64,000 nt of DNA from Flectonema sp. DT1601 (taxonomy: Eukaryota). Location of the stretch: assembly GCA_964019425.1 (NCBI GenBank), contig OZ025790.1:1240001-1304000 (forward strand). Direction: 5' to 3'. Under the pieces are notes generated by a model. It did no database searches, had not been told where the DNA came from, and saw only the letters and a list, made by a program, of their open reading frames with translations. The stretch's first letter is position 1. Each line of letters starts with the position of its first letter. A program made the translations under genes and the position numbers. Of this stretch, positions 57,584 to 64,000 are shown in pieces.

Positions 57584-58180
57584 TTACTATTTTACACGTT
57601 TTTTTTGCATCTCGGCTGAAACTTTTTTTTATTCATTTATTTATTTTTTTTCTTATCGTATCGGATGATGAAGTGTTCATCTATTCAGCGTTGATTCGCA
57701 AAAGAAAACAGAAAAGATCTCATCTTTACAGAGAGATTTCACCCTTCGATGCCCTTTTCGTTATTATTTTTTTCCTCCCTCTATCTCTCTCTCTCTTTTT
57801 TAAAATAATTTGTTGCTCTTTGCTTGTTTAATTTATAACAACTGCAATACGTGACAATTACTGTATGTCTACAGTGAATTACGCAATTGCGCATTGTATC
57901 TCTGATTTGCCATTCCTCTCAACCAGGTTTGGCCTGGCCTGTTTAATCACAATATCAAGTTACCTTCTATCTATCATAATGCCCAAAACAATCATATCCA
58001 GGGTTCCCCAAGACTGGTGTGATACAGACTACTAGATTCGACAACTTCTGGATACTCATACCGACATTTATTATGTTAGGTATGAGTGTGTGTTAAATTG
58101 TAGTTTGCATTTATTTTATATGTGTCGAGGTATAAATTTAATAAAATATTTTTCACAGATAGGTATCCTACTCTCACAAC

Positions 58181-58708
58181 ATGACTTTGGCAGCGACACG
58201 TAGAATCAAACATGGCGGTATGGTTCCTGGAGGGTTGTTCTGCAACTCTGGATCGTCTTCCCCATTGGGAGGGAGTCCAAAGTCACCATTGCCACCAATG
58301 AGTATGCCTATGAGCCCACTGTCAACTAAAACATCGCACAAAACTACTTCTGCTTTTCCTGATGCAACACCACCGAGTGCTGTGCCTGCTGGATGGGAAG
58401 CATATTTTGATTTAAACCTTGGCATCACTTATTACTACAATGATTCAAATGACGAAACTCGTTGGGCTGTTGACTTCGGATGGCCTGAAGTACCACCTTG
58501 TCCTGATGTGTCTCCCTCACCAACAATATCAGAACCATCATCACCACTATCAAGTCGTATGATTCAAGGGGACAATAGATCTTTTGGTCTACTTACTGAG
58601 GAGGATGATGAAGTTGTTGATGGTTGGGCTGTAGGTGTTGACGCCACAACTGGTTCGCTCTTTAGATACCATGTACAAACAGGTGTTAGACGACCATACA
58701 TCACATAA
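58181..58708 (+). CDS. Small WW-domain protein (one canonical and one degenerate WW)
   Basis: VPAGWEAYFDLNLGITYYYNDSNDETRW and VDGWAVGVDATTGSLFRYHVQTG. Confidence 0.8.
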   Translation: MTLAATRRIKHGGMVPGGLFCNSGSSSPLGGSPKSPLPPMSMPMSPLSTKTSHKTTSAFPDATPPSAVPAGWEAYFDLNLGITYYYNDSNDETRWAVDFGWPEVPPCPDVSPSPTISEPSSPLSSRMIQGDNRSFGLLTEEDDEVVDGWAVGVDATTGSLFRYHVQTGVRRPYIT

Positions 58709-61700
58709 TTGTGTTTTATATTAACGTTAGTTCAATTTTTTTTTTTTTTTTTTTTTTCTTTGTAACTCAAAAAAAAAAAGCAATTCATCAGTTTCACGGT
58801 GAATCAATCTAATTAAGTATCTACAATTTGGGAGAATTTTTTTATTTTTCCCCTTTTCCATTTTTTTTTTCTTTTTTTTTTTTTTGGGTTATGAAGTGTT
58901 TCCTTTGTTGCCGTCTTTTAAAAGAAATTTTTATATCAATTTCCTAACCCGTAGATATATTATTATGTTTCCTTTTTTTTTATTGTGGTAAATCACCTCC
59001 AAAAAGTTTTTAATAAACTTATTGAGAGTCAGCGTGTACCCCCCAGCGCACTTCCCCCCTATTTTTTTTTTTCTTTTTTTCTTCAAGTTTTATTAGTTAT
59101 AGTGCCGCTAACGTTGCGAGCTTATTTCTGGCTTCTGTTTGATTAGTATCGCGTCCAACATCTGATAATGAGCGGAGCTATGTTTGTTTTTCCCCCCTTT
59201 GAATTAATCAAAATTAATCTCGTATTCTAACTATCTAGTATCTGGCTGCATGCTTAACTGTTAACTGCAGCATTTATTCTACTCAAAAGTAAAGACAAGG
59301 AACGACTCACTTCGTTGTTATTCTGTTCTCGTTCGAATCTAGTGATCGTTTCCGATGACAAAACGTTCACTGAAACTACAGAAATTAGTTTCTTATGACG
59401 CCAATGAAACCAACGAAGACGTTACAATGACACCAAGTGAATAGGTCCATTGATGGTCTGCAAGGAGAAATAAATCAAACGAAAAAAAAAAAAAAAAATG
59501 GATGACGACAACTTCCTTGGATGGAAGCGACGCAAAAATATAAACTCAAATCTTAGTTAAATGAGAAGACATCGAAACTAAGGGTTTTAAATTGAACAAA
59601 AAAAAAAAAGCAAAATAAGCATTGCTAGCCCTATCCTGGCGAGCTCCGATGGATTTTTATCTTAGAACGATAGCAACTTCAACATAGAATAAAGTCCCTT
59701 AGAACTTACTGATGAAGGCCTAAAAAGGGACGAGTAGTATACTATTAAGGCGAAATTACATATTCTATTACCCTTTGATGTTGGGAAACTGTAGAAATGA
59801 ATATTTTTTTTCATTTTTTCTTCATATTTCTTTATATTTTTGAGTTGGTTCTTTTTCTAAAATAATAAAATAAATAATATTAACCTGCAATGCCGATTAG
59901 GAGGGGAAAAAGAGAAAAAAAAAAAAAAAAAAAAAGTAAATCAAATCTGATGGATGAGGTAACAGTGGTGGTTTCTCTCTTTTTTTTTTTTTTTTGAGCT
60001 TGTTACTTTTGATTATTTTTAGTATAAAAAGTATGTTATATTAAGCAATTTCAAAAGTCGTTTTTTTTTTTTTTTTTTTTTTGATTTTCTTTTTTTTTCA
60101 TTATTCAGTCAACGCCCCCCTTCCCTACCACACGTTCATCTTCCCTAGTAATATTTTTCTATCTCAGTTTTTTTTTTTTTATGTTGGGAGTGTGTTGCTC
60201 GACGACAGCTGAGGGCTTCCTGTCAGGTGCCTATATTTCTGATGTAGTTTGACACATCAGCCTCGGTTGCTAAACAGTTTGAGATTTCGGTTCCCTTCAT
60301 TAGTTTCGTCTTTGTATTAGTTCGCTAAGTTAGTTTTTTTTTCTTCTTTTTTTTCCTATTCTGATTTCGGTTGTAGTTTTTCCTTCTCGTTTTGGTCTCC
60401 AAAGCGAAATGCGACCTCGTCGTTTAGTTTCAAAACGTCTTCATCTACATCCATATCCCATGTGAGATTTGATTAACTATTTATAATTTAACTGTTTTGA
60501 GTTGTGACGACGACGGCTTAAAAGAAAACTCATATTTCAACTTTTCGGGTTGTGTGGTGCTATTTAACATCTCCTTGCAGGGGAGGGAAATATTCTCTCT
60601 CAAAGGTTTCCTCTGCAATGGAAGAATCACAACTCTAAGTTCTTAGTCCCGCACAAAGGGACTCTATGGAACATTTCTTTGTAATTTATCCTGCGGGGTC
60701 GACCGGGGACACCTGTCTTGCGACTCAGTCATCCAATTTTCTTTTTTTTTTTTTGTTTGTGTAGTTTGTACTTCTTGTTCTGGAGATTGCGAGCATAGCG
60801 AGTTCTCCGCTTGCTCTCTCACTCTCTCTCTTTAATTTTTGGTCTTTTTTTTTTGTTTTTTCTTTTGTCACAATTTGTAAAAAAAAAAAAAACGGAAGTA
60901 GAAAAAAACAAAACAAAACAAAAAACAATAAAATAAATAAAGTGGACATATACTTTATCACTTCTGTTATTGATTATTTTTTTCTCCCAATCCCCATTTC
61001 TCCATCTCAATTTCAAAAAAAAAAAATAAATAAAAATAGATTTTAATATTTATCTCATGGGTTGTTTTTGATCGAAATTTATCGCTTCTTGGACAGCCTT
61101 CTCTACTTCAGTTAATATTCTCGGTACAAGCTGTAAGTTTTCCTTGTACTTAAACTACTGGTGGAATGAGTCTCGTGTAGTGGGTTGTCTGTCTCCAAAT
61201 AGAATCTTTTTTTGGTTAATAAAAAAGCCACGGCTGTCTGATACCCGTCTTAGCTCTCCTGTGAAATAATCCCTTTTCTATGCGAGCGTTTTTTTTTTTT
61301 TTTTGATAATATTATTGAATTTTAAAAGTAATTTTTTTTTCCCCCCCTTCTCTTCCCTTCAAGTACTGTGTACTAACAAGTATATCAGTGTAGTCTTATG
61401 GTTTCTTCTTCTTTGATATCGTGTGGGTGTGTTCAGTGTTGTGCATGTAAGGAAAGAAATGAAAACTTGCCGATAGAGAGTATGAGGGAACCACAATGGG
61501 AATGTCCTTTTCTACTTCCTCAAGCCATAAATTCAACTGGCTGCGACGTTGCCACTAGATGGACTATGGCATTAAAACCCAACTGTGTTATCCCAATAGA
61601 TGTAATGCTCACAGCCGCCTATCTTAGCCTGCATAAGGCCTGTGGGTTATTTTTAAAGCGTAGATCCCTGTACACTGAATAACCATTTTTTTTTCTTTTT

Positions 61701-62479
61701 TTAAAAACTTTCTATCCTGTCTGTTTTGTTTCTTATTTTCGAGTATTTTTCCCCCTTCCCTCTTTTCCCTGTGTGTTGCCCATTCTTAATTTGCCCTTGC
61801 GAAGTACAGCGGCAACAACAATGGATTGGGTCCTCTGTTGCTGTAAGTTACCCCGGTGCAAGGGGGAAAAAGAATGTTACGCAGGGGATCTTTTGAGATA
61901 TTCTCAAGGTAGTTTTTTTTTTTTTTCCCCATCTATTTTTATTTTTTCATTTTACTCGAACGTTTCAGGCTGTTGTCTCATCGCCACGTCCTCTGACTCT
62001 GATGCAGGCGAGGGTAGTATTTTGAAAATACATCGTTTTGGTGTATTGTTTTTTTTTACTGTTTTAATAGCATTGGTTCATTAATTGTATCGCACAACTT
62101 AACTTCAATGTGTGTTTTCTTTTCTTTTCTATTCTTTTTTTTTTTAAAAACTTTTCCTTTTTTATATTTTGATTTGGTACACTATCGCATAACAAACTAA
62201 TATTCTCGTTACAACAGCAATACTTAACTATGTTGATTTGTTTGAGAAAGCAAACACGATGAGTCAGGGTTGTTGTCCGAAGAAAGGTTGTCAAAGTTTC
62301 CCCACCTTTCTGATTTTACATTGCAACCAGGTTTTGTCCGAACCCTTGTTTGTCTTTACCTTCAATCTTAACATAATATTATACTTCTTTCTCAGGTGTA
62401 TATAGTGATGGAAAGCGAATTACTGGATAGCAGTATTTTATGGGAAATCACAACCACAGAATATGTTGCACTATTCAGG

Positions 62480-62730
62480 AATCGGAAGCTGCTTTTCGGG
62501 GTTTTCCTTATTACTTTACGATTGTTGCCGCCGTTCGGAACACTTCAGCAATTTTAATAAATATTTTTGTCTTTCAGTAGATTACTAAAGAAGAGAAGTT
62601 CTAGTATTGGAAATCATTTTTTGTGTAGGTGTTCAGAAATCGCTTCTCTTGACCTTTCGGGTCTTAGCAGTGTCACCAGTATTGGAAGTCGTTTTTTGTC
62701 TGAGTGTTCACAAATCACTTGGGTAACGAA
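62480..62730 (+). pseudogene. Decayed BspA/TpLRR-like leucine-rich-repeat gene fragment
   Basis: From 62603 the sequence translates SIGNHFLCRCSEIASLDLSGLSSVT-SIGSRFLSECSQIT (75-nt, 25-aa period). Upstream degenerate units carry stops and frameshifts. Confidence 0.7.
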
Positions 62731-64000
62731 ACTCGGATAGCGCGCCTCCTCGTGGTGTTGCCTGGATGCACCTTGTGTGTAACTAGAGTGCTGACGTATT
62801 GTTGTTGCTGTGTATTCTTTTACCCCCGTTTTATTTTCCGGTAGCCTAACCTTTAAAAAAAAAGGACAACATAGCAGAAGGTCAGGTGATCCGGCCCGGG
62901 ATACTCAGGCACCCAGAGCTCACAGGGGCCACCGGGTTTTTATTTTTTCCTTAGTGGCATGATTTCCCTTTACCCCCATTTCCCTCAAACTTCCCCCGTT
63001 TAGTCTTTTCACGCATGGGGGGATTATAAGTTCAGGTCGCCTGAAATGTATTAACAGTATCAGCCCCGCGAGTTACTCGGGGAGCTCCCATGCAATGTGT
63101 GGAGAAAGAGGCCATCCCTCCCCCTACCTCTCTGCTTTACTACGTCGTTTTTTGTGTGTGGCATTTCTTTTCTTATATTCTTTTCTTTTCAATCTTGTTC
63201 CTTCACACGCTTCCCAAAAGCTGCGGATTTTGTAGAGCTTGTCAGTAGGTACGGGGTTGGTGACAGTGTAAAACTTTAGATTGGTTCGAATTTAGAGGAA
63301 CCGATCTCAGGAAGCGAAGTGGGGTGTGTACGCTGGGTCTGATGTACCGTTCCTGTAATCTGAGATATTTGGTTTATCACAGAGACCCACGAGGATATTG
63401 AGTCCTAAAGAGAGTTTGAGTTCAGACTGTTCCCAGTGCAGAAAAAAAAAAGAGAACTTTTTCTCAGAAAAAGCTGGTGATTTTGCAGCACGATCTTTCC
63501 TTTTAACAGTAACTCACAGAATGATCAGAGGCTGCTTCTGTATAGTTACGAGTTCTGGGATTGCTGTAACTCGTTGTTTCCTCGGTAGCGAAAGACATCT
63601 AATGTTCGAGATATTTGCATATCCCTGATGTATGCAGCTAAGTTAGAAGCGTTAATATTGAAATGAACTACTGATGTTACTTTTTTTTGCTAATGTTTTA
63701 AGTTGGTTAACTATTTTGACACAATACAGCATTTTCCCACCCCCCATGAAGCCTTCATCCTGTAGAATGTGGTCTCCGAATCACCATATTCGACAGCACA
63801 TACCAAGAAGCTAAATGCGATGCACATATTTATGTCCTTAGTTATTTACACTCACAGTTCTTTGAATGGACCTACAGAATGAAATCAAACAACGAACAAT
63901 TAATGTTACAGTTCTTGCGGCGGTAGTTGTTTTTTACTTACTATTTGAAACTTTCCGATATGAAAATGGCTATGGGGACATTTTAATTCGTGAAAACATA

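Noticed and set aside
58080..58162. Possible GTATGA...AG intron upstream of the WW gene
   Set aside because: No convincing in-frame upstream coding exon was found. It may be a UTR intron but cannot be supported here.
901..62294. Minus-strand ORFs and short K/F/L-rich ORFs in the track (e.g. 3550-3834, 11047-11517, 17905-18384, 53474-53671)
   Set aside because: They are antisense shadows of real genes or translations of poly-A/poly-T tracts, with no motifs.

Overview
Eukaryotic nuclear DNA, most likely from a euglenozoan and probably a diplonemid. This is an inference from a paraflagellar-rod domain, a kinetoplastid-type GT67 glycosyltransferase and adenylate cyclase, strict single-strand gene orientation and frequent GT-AG introns. 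About 24 protein-coding genes all lie on the + strand, consistent with one polycistronic unit, separated by A/T-homopolymer-rich spacers. I reconstructed 11 cis-introns by hand from reading-frame continuity. All 11 end in an A/C-rich, T-poor tract plus ACAG, whereas AGs just upstream of start codons (candidate spliced-leader acceptors) follow pyrimidine-rich tracts. This suggests distinct sequence codes for cis- and trans-splice acceptors. Unusual protein architectures include a PKD2-like channel with a putative periplasmic-binding-protein domain inside its extracellular loop, a CAP-Gly/PFR fusion, a five-DOMON cytochrome b561, a tandem double Rab, a TruD-like pseudoenzyme and a plant-SLAC1-like channel. 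Non-coding features include a 186-bp structured tandem array in an FNTA intron, two short dispersed repeat families, a degenerate hairpin-bearing array, a 100-bp duplication of a gene start and a decayed LRR pseudogene. All assignments come from motif recognition by eye, and no database searches were run.
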